Part shown: positions 26,140-40,539 of the stretch, one piece after another
Position numbering within the stretch: the first letter of the stretch is position 1
How the letters are laid out: the number at the start of each line of letters is the position of its first letter
Origin: Octopus bimaculoides
Lineage: Eukaryota
Length of the DNA stretch: 64,000 bases
Assembly: GCF_001194135.2 (NCBI RefSeq)
Contig: NC_068981.1
Coordinates: 7,163,630 to 7,227,629, forward strand
Reading direction: 5' to 3'
Program-made: the position numbers and the translations under genes
Notes under the pieces: model-generated
The model's input: the letters and a program-made list of their open reading frames with translations, nothing else
What the model was told of the DNA's origin: nothing
The model's database searches: none

Positions 26140-28050
26140 GAACTGGCCTATCTTAATCTCCGGTTTTTTCATTTGTTCCTCTAAAGTCGTTAGGAAAGGG
26201 ATGAACGCCACAGTTCATTCCCACGCAGGTTGAACGCCTATTATTGGAAACTAACTTCATGAAAGCAACAAGCTTTCTAAGACAAATACATTATCTTTAT
26301 TTCTAAACTGGAGTAGAACTGCCATTTCTGTTAGGCATTTTGGAACCTCTAAATATACAAGACATTGCTGACACATGACAGAAGTGGTTTACCATTATTT
26401 TGGTAAACCTTCTTGTACACTGTGAGTACACCCTGGCACCTTGTCATCACCATACCTTCCTTCCAGCTACTCTCGGCCACCCTTATATGATACAAGATAA
26501 CTATAAATCTCATCGATAGCAAAACAACTGTACTCATCCCTCTTTCATGCTCTAGCCTCTAAACAGCCGGTATAAACCCAACTCCCCACACTCAATCGAG
26601 GAAAACGTTTTTTTTTTCTTTTTAGAAGTTGCATGGTGACCTCCCTAGTGCTGGTGCCACGTGAAAAGCACCCAATACACGCTATTAATGGTTGACTCGA
26701 GGCTATCTGTCATAAGACACTGTAATCACATGATTGTGAAGCAAACCTAATCATCACAGCTTTGTGTGCGTGTGAGTGTGTGTGTGTGAGAGAGAGAGAG
26801 AGACAGACAGACACAGAGAGGAGAGAAAGGAGGGGGTAATGAAGAAATTATGAAGAAACACTAACATAACCATTTCAAAGCATATTTTTACAGATTTTCG
26901 ATAGAATTCAGAGCCAGCATTGAAAGTTACGACGTTCCGTATACGAATACGTCTACATAAACAATGCGATGAGAGATAGAAAAAAATGGGTGTATATACA
27001 AATTTCGAGAGCTGTTGCCCTGTCGTCAGCACCACATCCAGCCCATCGACTATCCACGAATGCATCGCTTAAATAGCCACTAAATTTGTCAGTGTAACAC
27101 CATTGGAAAATCCAATTTACATATTAAATACATTCCTGGCAACTGGTTCTAGCAAGGATATATCATTTCGTTTTGAAACCAAAATATACCATGAAGTATA
27201 TTAAAGGTTTACAAGTCAATATTGTATCTCACTTTTGTGTCAGCATTGCTTACATGGACGTCTTAGGATGCGAAATGCTGGCTCGGAATAGAAAATCTGC
27301 AGAGATGAAATTCAAAAGAACATCGCATTTCTAATCCAAAAGTAAGTCAGAACCGATTTGTAAACCTTTGATGTGTTTGGTGGTACATTATGGTTGCAAA
27401 ACGAAATACTGTGTCCTTGCTAGCAATTAATAGAAAAACAACCATCCGTCGACTCTAAATGACATATGTAAACTACTGAAAGACATGATGCTGTAATTTT
27501 GTCTGAGAGGTGAATATCATCATAGCAAAGACTGACAGGCGTGTTTTTGTGTTCTTGGGCTTTGTCAAAGACTTGGACCTGTTGCTAGAAGCATAGACGA
27601 TAATCATTTCTCCAATACACAGGAAACCGCGAATACCACAAGAATAACAGCAACAACAATTAAAGAAGCGGTTGCGTTGTAAAAAATCCTCGTATAAACA
27701 AAAGTTAGAAATATTGCAAAATTCCCAATTTACGGCAATGAGTCGATAGGTGAGGCCGAGAAATGAGAGAGTCGTTCATTAAAATGTAATAAGGGATCTG
27801 GTAGGGTTCCCAACTGAAGTTTTCGAGTTCGAACTTCGTTGGAATCAGAGTGACGATAATTAAATAACATGGGTGGATTCACTGAATCATGCAGCTTCAC
27901 TTTAATAATTGGTCTTTTCTGTCTCCAATATATCACTGAATGATGATAATAAATGTAGGCTTGTATGTGTGAGAGTGTGTCTAAATCTATTAACGCCTTT
28001 TCTCCATGGAAAAGCGACAACTCTACTAATTTCATTGATTATTGATACAT

Positions 28051-28152
<102 letters not shown>

Positions 28153-28631
28153 ATGTGTGTAATTCAATTTTCTACGACTACTGTCACGACTACACTGATT
28201 GCTTAACATGTCCGTGAAAATATTATTTATTTAACATAGGTGTATATAAATGAATTAAGGAAAGACTGGGCGGTGGTGAATAAACTGGGTGTATATTATA
28301 TCTGACGGTGTGTAGAACATCAAAGTTAAGAGGCCACGTGTATGTGCGTCTGTGAGAGAAAGAGGATGAGAAATTATCATTGTGTAAATATACAATTATA
28401 CTTGTGCATGTGTGAGTATATTTGTGTGTTTGTGTGTGTGTGTGTATGTAAAACACCCACACACACACACTACAAATGTATGTGTAGTCAGCATGTCTAG
28501 AAATGGGAAAATACTGTCACGTTTTAACAGATGCTTCGAGGTTCAGCGTATACATTTGTATTAGTATACATATATCTGTGTGTATTTGTAGATAGGAAAA
28601 TCTACTGCGGTTTATATGTAACTGTGTCAAC

Positions 28632-28683
<52 letters not shown>

Positions 28684-29396
28684 ATCAACGTATATTGTGG
28701 TCTATGCACATGCATACATTTTTCTGTAGTGTATATGCATGCATATATACATTTATACGTCTAACGTGTTTACGTGTACATATATACATCCATATGTCGC
28801 GTGCTTGTGTTTAAATGTATATAAACCAACGTATAGTGTGCCCATATGCACGTTCGCACACGTGTGAATGCGATATGTGTGTTTATATACTTTAGACATT
28901 TATATTCTTAAAATACAGCAATTCACAAGAATGAAGCCATATGAATACTCTCTCTCTCTCTCTCTCTGCTTACAGTTTTGATTGCTCCCCCTTCAGTTGC
29001 TACCCCCAACACCACCACCACTACCACACCTACAGTCAATAACATTCCATAAATATAATTCCACGGACATTCATTGTCCAATGTCAGCTGCTACAAAGGA
29101 ACGATCATCAAGCAATACGAAGTGGGCACCAAACGCCGAGTAGGAATGGCCGTTGAGTTGAGTGTCTTCTCTAACAGCACCACTCCTTCCGATTCTAATC
29201 ACCAAAATAACACCATTTGTCACAACAACGGAATATTTCAGTATTTGACAGACATGTCAGGTGGAGTTCTATGGATTCTGGCGTTCGTTTTTGCTTTAAA
29301 ATAGCCGACGTTTGCAGTAAACAATTGGTTTAGAAAGTTTAAAGATATCACTTCAAAACAAAATAATAATGACCGACTTTATACGCGTGCGCGTGT

Positions 29397-29442
<46 letters not shown>

Positions 29443-29544
29443 GGGCATATATATACATACATATGTGNNNNNNNNNNATATATATGCATATATATACACA
29501 CATATGTACATAATTACATATATATCCTTATAAGTATGCATATA

Positions 29545-29830
29545 TGGATACAGGATGTCACAAAATGCAAACAACATGAAATACGAAATTAACGTTGGGT
29601 ACGTAAAGAATGAGAGAAAAAATTGGAAAACAAGACAAGTAACATAAAAAAACGACCCTTCGTCAGTTGTCGGCTTTCCTTCTACTCCTTATTTCGAGCA
29701 ATGAACGACAAGACAAGACTTTGAAGGCAGTTGCTCCTGCGAACCAAAATAAAATTTGGGATTTTGCGGAGGGTCAAAGTTACAGGACATACAACAAACG
29801 AAACGAATACAAAAAGGGAGCACCATTTTA
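29545..29830 (-). mobile_element. Penelope-like terminal-repeat family P2
   Basis: Homologous to 41405-41675 (ctttgaccctccgca..., caactgaYgaaggg, cctgtaYccatat end); PLE assignment is inference. Confidence 0.5.
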
Positions 29831-30899
29831 AAGAATTACTATGTTTTTAAATCTCGATAGATATTCTTTCGGTCTCTTTTGCCGAACCATATAATTGAGA
29901 AACAAACTTCTAAACCACACAACCACGGTCGCATGTATTTGAATATTTGGATGAAATACAGCCACACACCAAATATCCAATCTGAGTCATAAAAGGTGAA
30001 ATCGAAGAAAGCATAGGATAGGGTAGGACTTGAACTCAGGACGGAGCAGAATCTAAAGTAAAGCTACATGGCATTGATATTCTACCTTCTTTGTAACTTT
30101 TAGGACAGAGGTGATGAAGATTTGTCATGGGGAAGATGAAAGGCAACTGCAGTAACAGAACTAGAAATAGACAACATATCAAAGATAATTATCCTCTTCA
30201 TACAGTATATTATCTACGTTTAGAAAATTAATTGAGATAATTAATTGAGTCAACTCCTAGCGAGGTTGACTTAGCGTTTCATCGCCAAACTTCATGCATC
30301 AAGAATCTTGCTCAGATTAAAAGTTTTAAGCTTTGAAGTTTCGCAGATTTCGATTTGAACTCAGCCTGAGATTAAAGTATTAGCATTGGACACGTGATGC
30401 ACTGGACGTTTCTTTCTTCCATAAAACAGTAAGTTCCATCTTCATAAAAGGTGGAAACATAAAATGGTTGACATCTTAAGGTTTTTCTCAATAGGGCAAG
30501 AAGACAATTATTCGAACCGGTAACATTTGAAAGGTCAACTGATGTCGTAGTTTCGGCTTCTAGTCGTATCAATCAACTAATATTCCATGCAATCGATCAG
30601 TGATCCGTTGTTGTGATTATGAAACTGTGAAGTCAAAGAGATTCAGACTTTAAAAGGACATCATTAATGACAAATGGTTGGATTGAAGAGAAATTGTAGA
30701 TGCCAAAGCTTTCTACCTCGCATTATTTATGAGGAGCAAGAAAGAGACTGAAGAGGAAGAGGAGTTGTGGTAGCAGCAGACGTCGGTTGCGTGGTTGATC
30801 ACCGTAATTAATTCCAGCAAACCTCAGTCGTTGGGAGTAAATACGACGTCATCTAACTCTCACCTAAGACACACTGGCTTTATAACCAAAGAGATAGGG

Positions 30900-31050
30900 T
30901 CATTGATATATGGTTAAGAAGTTAGTTTGGCGACTACAGGATTTCGGGTTCGATCTCATTGCATGCATGGAAACTTGATTTTGCCATTACTCTGAGCTAA
31001 TCAAAGCCTTGCCAATAAAATTTGGCAGACAAAAATAGTGTCGAAGCTGG
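30900..31050 (+). mobile_element. SINE family A head, degraded
   Basis: tggttaagaag...gggttcgatc...caaagccttg...tttggcagac. Confidence 0.55.
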
Positions 31051-31343
31051 CTGGAAGCAATGTCCCAGAGATTGGTGGGGGGGTGGCTACACTTAACCCA
31101 TCTCTCAATTTGATTGAAAGAAGTAGGAAAGGTTAGACATCGAAACATAAGACGACCGCCAGATGAAAAAAAAAAAAAAACTGCTATCAGGCTCAATAAA
31201 AGGAGCCCGAGTTATTGACTGCAATTACATACTCGAAGTTAGTGGTGTTGGCAGAAATTAAATCAGCTTACAAATACACGTTCACTTTACTAAATTTATA
31301 CTCGGGCTAAGCCCGAACAGCCAGAGTGCCAGAGTCGCCACTG

Positions 31344-31403
<60 letters not shown>

Positions 31404-32088
31404 AGGAGAGAGAAAACAATGCAACGTGTTTCATACACTGCTCCCATGCACACACGCGCGCGCAGAGTATGTGTGTGTGTATGTTCTAGGTTGAAGGAAG
31501 TCAGCTTTATAGAGGAAACCATAGAACTTTCTGGCGATGAATATCTTTCATTGAAGACTGTTGTACAATAATATATATATACATATATATATTTACGTTT
31601 AATATGCATCGAACTCATCAGCGTGGGTTAATATGGCGTGGCTGCCTTCTTTATCACAAATGTATCTTTGTCAAGTGAATGCGTGTAGAGGCAGCATTTT
31701 AGGACTTTATCAAAGCGCATGTGCAGCGTGCGTGTGTGTGTTCAAGTGCAGCAGACATATCATTTTTGAATGAGAGAGAGAGAGAGAGAGAGAGAGAAGG
31801 AGTGAAGTGTTTGGTCCCTAACGTAAATGAGAAGGAATCAAACGACGATAAATAATTAAAGAAATTTATTTGATTAAGGAGATGGTGAAAGAAAGGGACG
31901 AGAGGGGAAAGAAAAATGTAAAGAAAGGAAGGAAGGAAGGAAGAGAGGAGAATTGCAAAGAAGAGACAAAAATAAATGATACGGATTAAAATCTATAAAT
32001 AAGAAAAAAAAATAAATGAAATAGAGAGAAAGAAGGAGATAAAGTGGGAACTGAAAGTGAAAGGGAAAGAGAGAAAGATTGTGTTTGT

Positions 32089-32146
<58 letters not shown>

Positions 32147-32299
32147 ATGCACACAATGATGATGATGTTTAGTATTGAGACGGCACAAGTGTAAACATCT
32201 CTATTTCAACATCTGCACAGAATATGGTATTTTATTTTCGCTTTGTATATTCACTTAAATCAGTGAAATTTTTCTTCTTAGAAACTCATACAAATGGAC

Positions 32300-32430
32300 A
32301 CTTTGTGTTGGTGAAGCTTATTTAATCCGGTCGAGTGGTTTGTTACTCGGGAGTTTCCACGGCGCGCCACCACTTCTTCAGGCAAGTTAAATTAGGTGAA
32401 AGGGCGAGTCACACTTACACACAGTTTATT
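32300..32430 (-). mobile_element. Penelope-like terminal-repeat fragment with hammerhead-like motif
   Basis: Minus strand CTGAAGA...GAAACTCCCGAGTA. Confidence 0.5.
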
Positions 32431-32477
32431 TCATGTGCGTATATATTTGATTGTGTGTGAGAGATAGAGATAAAGCA

Positions 32478-32515
<38 letters not shown>

Positions 32516-33047
32516 ACATATATATATATATATATATGTGTGTGTATGTATGTATGTATGTATGTATGTATATATGAGACTTAGAGTGCTATAATACAGT
32601 ATAAGAATAAATATTTCAATATAAAACTGGATTGTTAGAGATAAACAAATTAATGCGATTATTTATACACAGTGACGAATATAAATAAAACATTAGTTTC
32701 GTTGCGAATCACTGTGGACGTATACACACACACACATATATATACGTAAACACAAAGATGATTGGAAAGAAACATGTGCAAACAAGATACACACACACAC
32801 AGAGTCAGAACCCATGTGAATTATCAAAGTAGCGCCAACAACTGCAAAATATGCAGCGGTGCACAGCAGACACGTGCATGCGCACACACAGACACATCAA
32901 TCATACGATGCAGGCTGCAACCACCTTTGTGAGTGTGTGTGTGGCTGTGTGTGTGAGTGGCTGTGTGCGTGTGCGTGTGCGTGTGGAAATACAACCTACA
33001 CGTTTATTGTTTACACACAGACACATGTCACTATCTAAACCAGTCTT

Positions 33048-33117
<70 letters not shown>

Positions 33118-33453
33118 GCACACACTAAACTATGTTGACACTGACATATTCTTAGATGCGTTTGGTCAGTGACCCTGGTAGGAAAAGTAGTCAAAATCTT
33201 GAAAATCACATCCTCTTTATATAATAGCACGCAGTTATACATATGGATACTGTTGTCCTAGGTAGACTTTGCATGAAAATCAAACGCAATTAACTAAAAT
33301 GTTTTGGATCTGAAGTCTATCTTGTTAAAGGTCCGTTGGGACTCAACAACAACATACAAAAAAACCCCCAAAACTGTTTTGAACGTACACACAAAACCAT
33401 TATGAATATACATAACTTGTCTCCACGGTGGTGTCTTCGTTTTGCACATGCTA

Positions 33454-33490
<37 letters not shown>

Positions 33491-33659
33491 GAGTAAAATG
33501 ACAAAACAAAGGAGAACTTCTGAAAATGCAAAAATGGAGGTTGAGTGTTCTTCACACATTTCCGGTTACACAATATGTCTACACATACAAACATATATTC
33601 CATTTTCTGCCCCGTTGAATTTCGTTTACATGGTCGTCTGACCAGGAGACGGTGATTAT

Positions 33660-33760
33660 TTGAGAACCAAATTATGGGACGTGGGGTCGAATCCACTCTG
33701 TACGTTTCCATTGTGTTTCTGGACAAATTCCTTTGGATGTCCCAGATGAAGGGAAACCTG
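33660..33760 (+). mobile_element. Possible CR1 LINE 3' end relic
   Basis: LDKFL followed after a frameshift by DVPDE, recalling CR1 C-termini. Confidence 0.3.
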
Positions 33761-34131
33761 TTACCAAATTAATCTGCTACAGAAGCAGGGAGGAGAAGCA
33801 TTCTAAGCAAAACATCAATCCATCCAGTCTATACGACCCCTATAATCCCTCCTTCCCCTGTTCTTATCACCACAAGGTATTTTCTTTAGGTCCGTCCCTA
33901 TAAATCAATCAGACCGTTTTAAAGCTAAATAATTAACTAAATGATTAAAATAACAAATGTGTCTTACCTCCAATAATGTGGGGAATAGCCGGGACACTGG
34001 TCTCCGCATTTTTGGCAGATTTTCCCCTTATCAGCTTCCTGGAAAGGATCGGGACTCTGCGAAAATAAAAATAATTAAAATAAATATAACTTTGTAAACA
34101 ATGAGGAGTTTGTTTGAGTTTTTCTTTATCG

Positions 34132-34344
34132 TTTCTATTATAGACACAAGGCCTGAAATTTGCGGGGAGGGGGTAAGCCGATCACATCGAGCCCAGTGGG
34201 TAAACTGGTGCTTATTTAATCGACCCCGAAAGGATGAAAGGTAAAGTCGACCTCGACGGAATTTGAACTCAGAACGTAGCGGCAGACGAAATACCTCTAA
34301 GCATTTCGTCCAGCGCGCTATCGATTCTACCAGCTCGCCGCCTT
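34132..34344 (-). mobile_element. SINE family B, full length
   Basis: Matches 7671-7893. Confidence 0.92.
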
Positions 34345-34377
34345 CGATGTTTTTCTTTATCATCATTCTAATATTAG

Positions 34378-34584
34378 GCTGGTAGAAACGTTAGCACACC
34401 GGACGAAATGCTTAGCAGTATTTCGTCTGTCTTTACGTTCTGAGTTCAAATTCCACCGAGGTCGACTCTGCCTTTCATCCTTTCGGGGTTGATAAATTAA
34501 GTACCAGTTGCGTACTGGAGTCAATGTAATCGACTGGCCTCCTCCCCCAAAATTTCGGGCCTTGTGCCTAGAGTAGAAAAGAAT
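34378..34584 (+). mobile_element. SINE family B, near full length
   Basis: gctggtagaaacgttagcac...cttgtgcctagagtagaaaagaat. Confidence 0.93.
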
Positions 34585-34864
34585 TTATGAATACATCATT
34601 AAAATTCTACCGAAACTGCTGTCGTAAATGTTAAATGCTATTTGGGCCCTCATATATCACAGCTCCACCTACAAATCCTGTTGTCAAAGTAGAGATGAAA
34701 CAGTGCACATTTTCTCCGTCTTCACTACTTTATACTGGTTTTACATTGGTTGTTAAATGGTTTTGCTCGTTTTGTTTTAGTTGAAGATAAAACCGACTTT
34801 TTCCATTGGTTTCACGACACACTTCGTGCTTTCTTCGTGTTTTCCGATCGGTACCAAATCCAGA

Positions 34865-35510
34865 TTATGTAACATCTTGGTAGTATAGTTCCATGTAACG
34901 CTGAAGAATGGAATTACATGGAATGGAAACACTCAGATCAGGATTGGAGGCGGAATGGCAGGATTGCACGCAGCTGTTTTGGTGCTGACCATTTAGGACG
35001 GTTGACTGGAAATTGAAGCTGTTTTGGCAACAATACGATTTGCACTGGAAGTAAACACACTCTCTTGCACGCAGAGATATACACATTCAGGTAGAGTCAA
35101 TGAGAGAAGGGCAGAAGGAGATAAGTTATTAACAGGGCACGATTAGGATGAACTCTTTCCCTCTCCTCATACATACAAAGCGAAATATGCTTACTCATAT
35201 AAACAAAGAGAGAGAGAGAGAGTGAGAGAGAGAGAAGGGGGAGTCACATTAGTCAGCGTCTATTCAGTGACGCCAAATAGCCGCACCAAAACGGTTATGC
35301 CGAAATGTCTCCTATCCGAGAGAAAGGCCCAATGGTAATGAGGGGAACAAAACAAAAATCAATGGAGGCTGGACGATGTATTAAGAAAATGCGGTGGGAG
35401 AAAAAGGAAAAAGGACAGAAAAGGAAGATTTCTATAGATGGCAAACTTCAAGAATTGGACAGACTCAAAATAGAATGTATTAAGACAGCAGAAGAAAGAC
35501 TGGGATGGTA
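34865..35510 (+). mobile_element. Possible RTE-type LINE relic
   Basis: Broken motifs HLGSIV (cf. YLGS), IRIG, WRLDDVLRK, AEERLGW in the expected order. Confidence 0.3.
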
Positions 35511-35842
35511 GTTCATGGTCCTGAACCTGATAAGTGTAGTTGGTACCGTCTAATGATAATGATGGTTATAGAAAAGGACGTTTGTGTGAAAACCTCAATG
35601 TGCCGAATAATCTGTGGGCAGACTTCACTTGATTAGCAAATATGTATTTTAAAAAGTTATCTGAAACGGCACAACAAAACCTGCTGTGGCACAAATCAAA
35701 GCAGCCATGGCGGCTGTAGAATAAACTGTACACATAACATAAGGCAACGCGTCAGCAAAAGGGAGATAAGAAACAAAGACAGCGAGGTTTCACTGAAGAA
35801 GCACTGTTACACCGTCGGCTCACAAAAGCTTGAGGTTTAATG

Positions 35843-36062
35843 TTTTCTACTTTAAGCACAAGGCCCGAAATTTTTTTTGGGGGGGGGGCAGTCAATTAGA
35901 TCGACACCAGTATGCAACTGGTACTTAATTTATCGACCCCGAAAGGATGAAAGGCAAAGTCGACCTCGGCGGAACTTGAACTCATAACGTAAAGACAGAC
36001 GAAATACCGCTAAGCATTTCGCCCGGCGTCCTAACGTTTCTGCCAGCTCCCGCCGCCGCCTT
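35843..36062 (-). mobile_element. SINE family B, full length
   Basis: Matches 7671-7893 closely. Confidence 0.93.
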
Positions 36063-37242
36063 CTGAGGTTGTTTACTTGTACCACGTTTGTTCTGACCAA
36101 ATAACGATGGGTCAATTCTTCTGCAGGGTTCTCTGATTTTAATGAGACATCAAACGCTAAATTCTTTTCTAATTAGCAATAAGTAACATACATCTTCCTT
36201 TTTATTAAATGATTCTAATGGGAATAAGGACCATAACGAATAATAGACTACGGTGTTGACCAAAATCAACGCAGTATATTACAAGTATTTAATTGACGAA
36301 ACAATACATTAAATAGCTGACTTGTAGGATAAATATATCTATATCGAAAGATGTACAAGATTTAACAGAAACGATGAAAATAAAATAAGACGTTTGTTTA
36401 CATTTGTCAGTTTCCTTACTTACTTGTTTACACAACATCACTTAATCTTGTCTCATTTCCGATACAAACACATCTTTTCATTCTGTCTTAGAGACTCTGA
36501 AGAAATGTGAGAATTAATCTTGACATCGCAAGAATCGGTGAATCCGTCATGAAATGTCTACATCAGTATCATTACTCACAGCGCTCGGCAATACTGCATT
36601 GTTGTACCTACATAGATATATGTGAACTGAGCCGTTGAAAGTGAAGGGGGCCAAAATACATTGTATATAACAAAGGACGAAGCGGCGACCTCTATGTTGG
36701 CTGGCCTGGACACGACTGGCCATTTGCAATTTTCTGTATTATTGACAGAGTCTTTTAAAAGATACTTATACACACTTCACGTAAACAAATACAGACATAT
36801 ACATACATGAATACACTCACACAAATTGGAAGGTAATTACATTCAAAGCATACTAACAGCTCAGCCCCCCCTCCACCTCTAACCTCAGACAGTTTATAAA
36901 TAAAAACAGGTCTTCCACATATCTTCTTCCAATTACCAATCTGATAATATCTTAATTACTTCAAGAGGCCAACAAATTCCATCCTTTCTCCCACCCCCAA
37001 GAATCTTATTTTGTACACGTTAGAAAACGACTGCGCGCAATAACGTGCCATACTCCCACCCCACCCCCGTTTGTGGTGTTATATATAAACACTGAAGGGT
37101 GCTTTTTCATACACCTAAATTAGGCAGGCCTAGTGCACTTTTACTCCAAGGTTTTGCTTTAATAGGGCTTCGGAGTGAAGCCTCTGCCGAAAATGTTACC
37201 AAGCCACTCAGTTTGATTGGTTGAATTCTTCTTAAATTACAG

Positions 37243-37418
37243 ATTTCGAGACTTCCTGATCTACTGCCAAGAAGAGGTTGAAACGGTTGGTACTTCGTGA
37301 GTAACAAGTCAAATAATTACGAACAGACGTAATGCGGCGAGTAACATAAACTCTATCCGAGTGAGGGAGAGGCAAGAGGCAAGCAGTGCTGAATAATGTT
37401 GAGCTTAACCGAACAAAG
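37243..37418 (+). other. Candidate spliced exon (alternative ends 37296 or 37418)
   Basis: Acceptor ttcttcttaaattacag|; donors TC|gtgagt and AAG|gtaagt. Confidence 0.25.
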
Positions 37419-37704
37419 GTAAGTGAGAGAACCTAAAGACAAAACAAAAAAACTTTTGAGTTTAAAAACAAAACTTTTGACTTTAAAATGAGTTATGGTA
37501 CCGAAGTCACAATTTATTAAAATTCAAAATAGATGACGTGGAATCGGGGAGGTGTTAAACAGGGTAGACAACTCATGACATCTTTGTATTATTAGACCTC
37601 TTTAGCTAATGTGAAGACCGGGGTGCATGTTACTTGGTAGACAGGAGAGAGAGAGAGATTTAAGATTCTAAGTTAAATGTCCTTAAAACACACACAAATA
37701 AAGA

Positions 37705-37862
37705 ATCTTTTCTACTCTAAGCGCAAGGCCCGAAATTTTGTGGGAGGGGGCCAGTCGATTAGATCGACCCAGTACGCAGCTGGTACTTAATTTATCTAAC
37801 CCGAAAGGATGAAGGGAAAAGTCGACCTCGGTGGAATTTGAACTCAGAACGTAAAGATAGAC
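37705..37862 (-). mobile_element. SINE family B, 5'-truncated
   Basis: ttttctactctaagcgcaaggcccgaaatttt...tttgaactcagaacg. Confidence 0.9.
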
Positions 37863-38790
37863 AAACAAAGAATGATCTAACAGTCTTAATACAAACCGAG
37901 AACTGTTAATGTACCTCTCACCTCTCTCTCTTTCTCACACCTCCTCTCTCATCACACCCATATTTCCAATGCATACATTACTCATCCACCCCACCTTCCA
38001 ACTTCTCAACAATTCCAGCGCAGCTGACCACTGGCCTCTCCTTCATAATGCCAGCCGCCCGGATCAGCCACGACAGTCGAACAATTTATGCCAGGACAGT
38101 TGAACAGGATAGTTCTTGACCAGTTTTTACGAACATGAACTTTTCCATTGTGTTATCCAGAGGACGTTTTCTAACATTTGTTTGTCGTGAATATATTTTG
38201 AGGTATCTAATGCTTTATCTGTTTAAAATATATAAAAACAAATGTGTAACAAAATAAATTTATATGGAAGTTCCTGAGGAGGGAGGGTCTAGCATTTGGG
38301 ACTGAAATCTATGACCCCCAACCCCCCACCGCCGAATTGGACACCACTGCACATCAAAGATCCTGCCTTCTCTGTCTAAAGTAAGTTTAGGTTTGAAGGG
38401 CCAACAGTTATTCAATACCCTGCTAATAAACCTTCAAATATTCACGAGGAATAAATGTGAATGTGCTCAAAGGACATGGAGACAAATCTTTGTTTGAGAT
38501 ACCAGATGAATTCTACATCAGGGTATGCATCACAAAAAGAGGGTAGGGGCAACGTTGTTCAACTCACTGCTTCATCAGAACCAAATCCGGAGTAAGGTAC
38601 AGGAAGCGAGTTCGAAATAAACTAGTAATCACACTGAAAGTAGAGCCCCAGCATGGCTGCGACCCCTATCGAAAACAAGAAAAGAAACAAAGAGAATAAA
38701 GGCTAGAGATTTCCAATTCACCCTGTGTCACTGTATACAAACGTACGTGTGTGTGTGTGTGTGTGTGTGTGTGTNNNNNNNNNNTGTGTG

Positions 38791-38822
<32 letters not shown>

Positions 38823-40211
38823 TGCGTGTGTGCAGAGCTTTATAAATACGAAAGAGTTTATGTCTGAGATTTGATGTTTGTATTTGTAAGAGTAAGCAAG
38901 AATAGAAGTAATGGACTTATCAAGCTTAAGTTTCGCTCCCGCTTCTTGCTTATTTTCAGACAGTGCTTATGCTTTTAACGCTATTCATATCCCCAGACTG
39001 AATGGTATTGCCCAGGTGTCGATACCATAATGACATCAGTTAGGCAGCTGATGATGGGCGTATGCATGTAATGTGCTTGTTGAGTGTGAGCCTTTTGTAT
39101 CTTGTGTTCTCGTGGTTCTAGGTTGCCCTTCATTGAAATGCTAGTCCTCGTAGGGTTGAACCTGTTTAGGGGTTCTTTGTGGTTGGCGTTGCCGTTGTTT
39201 ATAGTGCACCATACTTTGCCGTAGCATGCTAGGCTTTCGTATCTAACACTGGTAAGGATAATACTTGTTTAAGTTTTTTCTAGTTTATGGTAGTTTTGTT
39301 GCATATATACCTGTTTGTACTTATGCATGTGTATATATATATATATATATATATATTATAAGGTTTTTAACTTTTAAATTTTCATATTCAAAAGAGACAG
39401 AGACTTCAAACTCGATATATCGATTTATTCACCACTCTATGTTAACATTTCTGTTAATGATCCCCTAAGGTAAGTTCTTATGCTATATTGGTAACGGTTG
39501 CTACATCCTCTGGAAAATTATTATACATATATATATATATATATATCATACGTGCACGGTCCATGGAAACAAGGGAAGCAAATGTTTCCCTTACAAATTA
39601 TAGAAACAAAATTCAAACTTATTTTTCATAAGATCGTTCTTCTGATGTTCTGTAAAATTAATATAAACTACATGACAACATAGGCTTCAGACTTTTACTG
39701 TCGGAATTAGCATGAGACGACATGTAGTGCAGACGACACAAAAAACCTGTGCAAGGGAAGCAACATAAACCATTGCATCCGTTTCGGTGTAATATTTTAA
39801 TATTTTTTCCCATAAAAATGCCAACAAAGACAATTTTTTTCTAGTAAGGGCTAATAACAAATAGTTTTAGATGCTAATAAATGCTTATATGCTTAGATTA
39901 ATTTATGTCAATTTGCAATACCTATGATATATATAATCTTACGTTGTTATGTAACACTTACATGCGAAAAGGGAAGCAAGTTGACTTTCTGCTTCCATTC
40001 GAAAAACGGTGAAAAGGTAGCTTTCAACGTTTATTCAACTAACATTTTATACTTTTCTCAAATTACAGAACATCCTTAATATAAAATGTGATTTAAATTT
40101 TTTTTTAAAATTAACTATATAATGTGAACATATCAATTTGATTCAAATATCTATGTGACAGAAAATTTTGGTCACTGCTTCCCCAGCCAGAAAGATCAAC
40201 GCACGTCCCTG

Positions 40212-40245
<34 letters not shown>

Positions 40246-40377
40246 NNNNNNNNNNNNNNNNNNNNNNNNNNNNNNNNNNNNNNNNNNNNNNNNNNNNNNN
40301 NNNNNNNNNNNNNNNNNNNNNNNNNNNNNNNNNNNNTACATACATGTACGTATATACGCATATACTCATATTATTTG

Positions 40378-40408
<31 letters not shown>

Positions 40409-40539
40409 ATACAAATGTCACCATACATAGGAAAGATTTATTTTTTTTAATAAGAAACAGTTAAATAAAAAAAACTGTTATAAAAAATAAATTGTTCTTA
40501 TCTATGGCGATTTTTGAATCAAACTGTGTGTGTATATAT

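Noticed and set aside
38981-39268. 95-codon stop-free minus frame
   Set aside because: No recognisable domain or convincing splice sites; possibly a LINE relic
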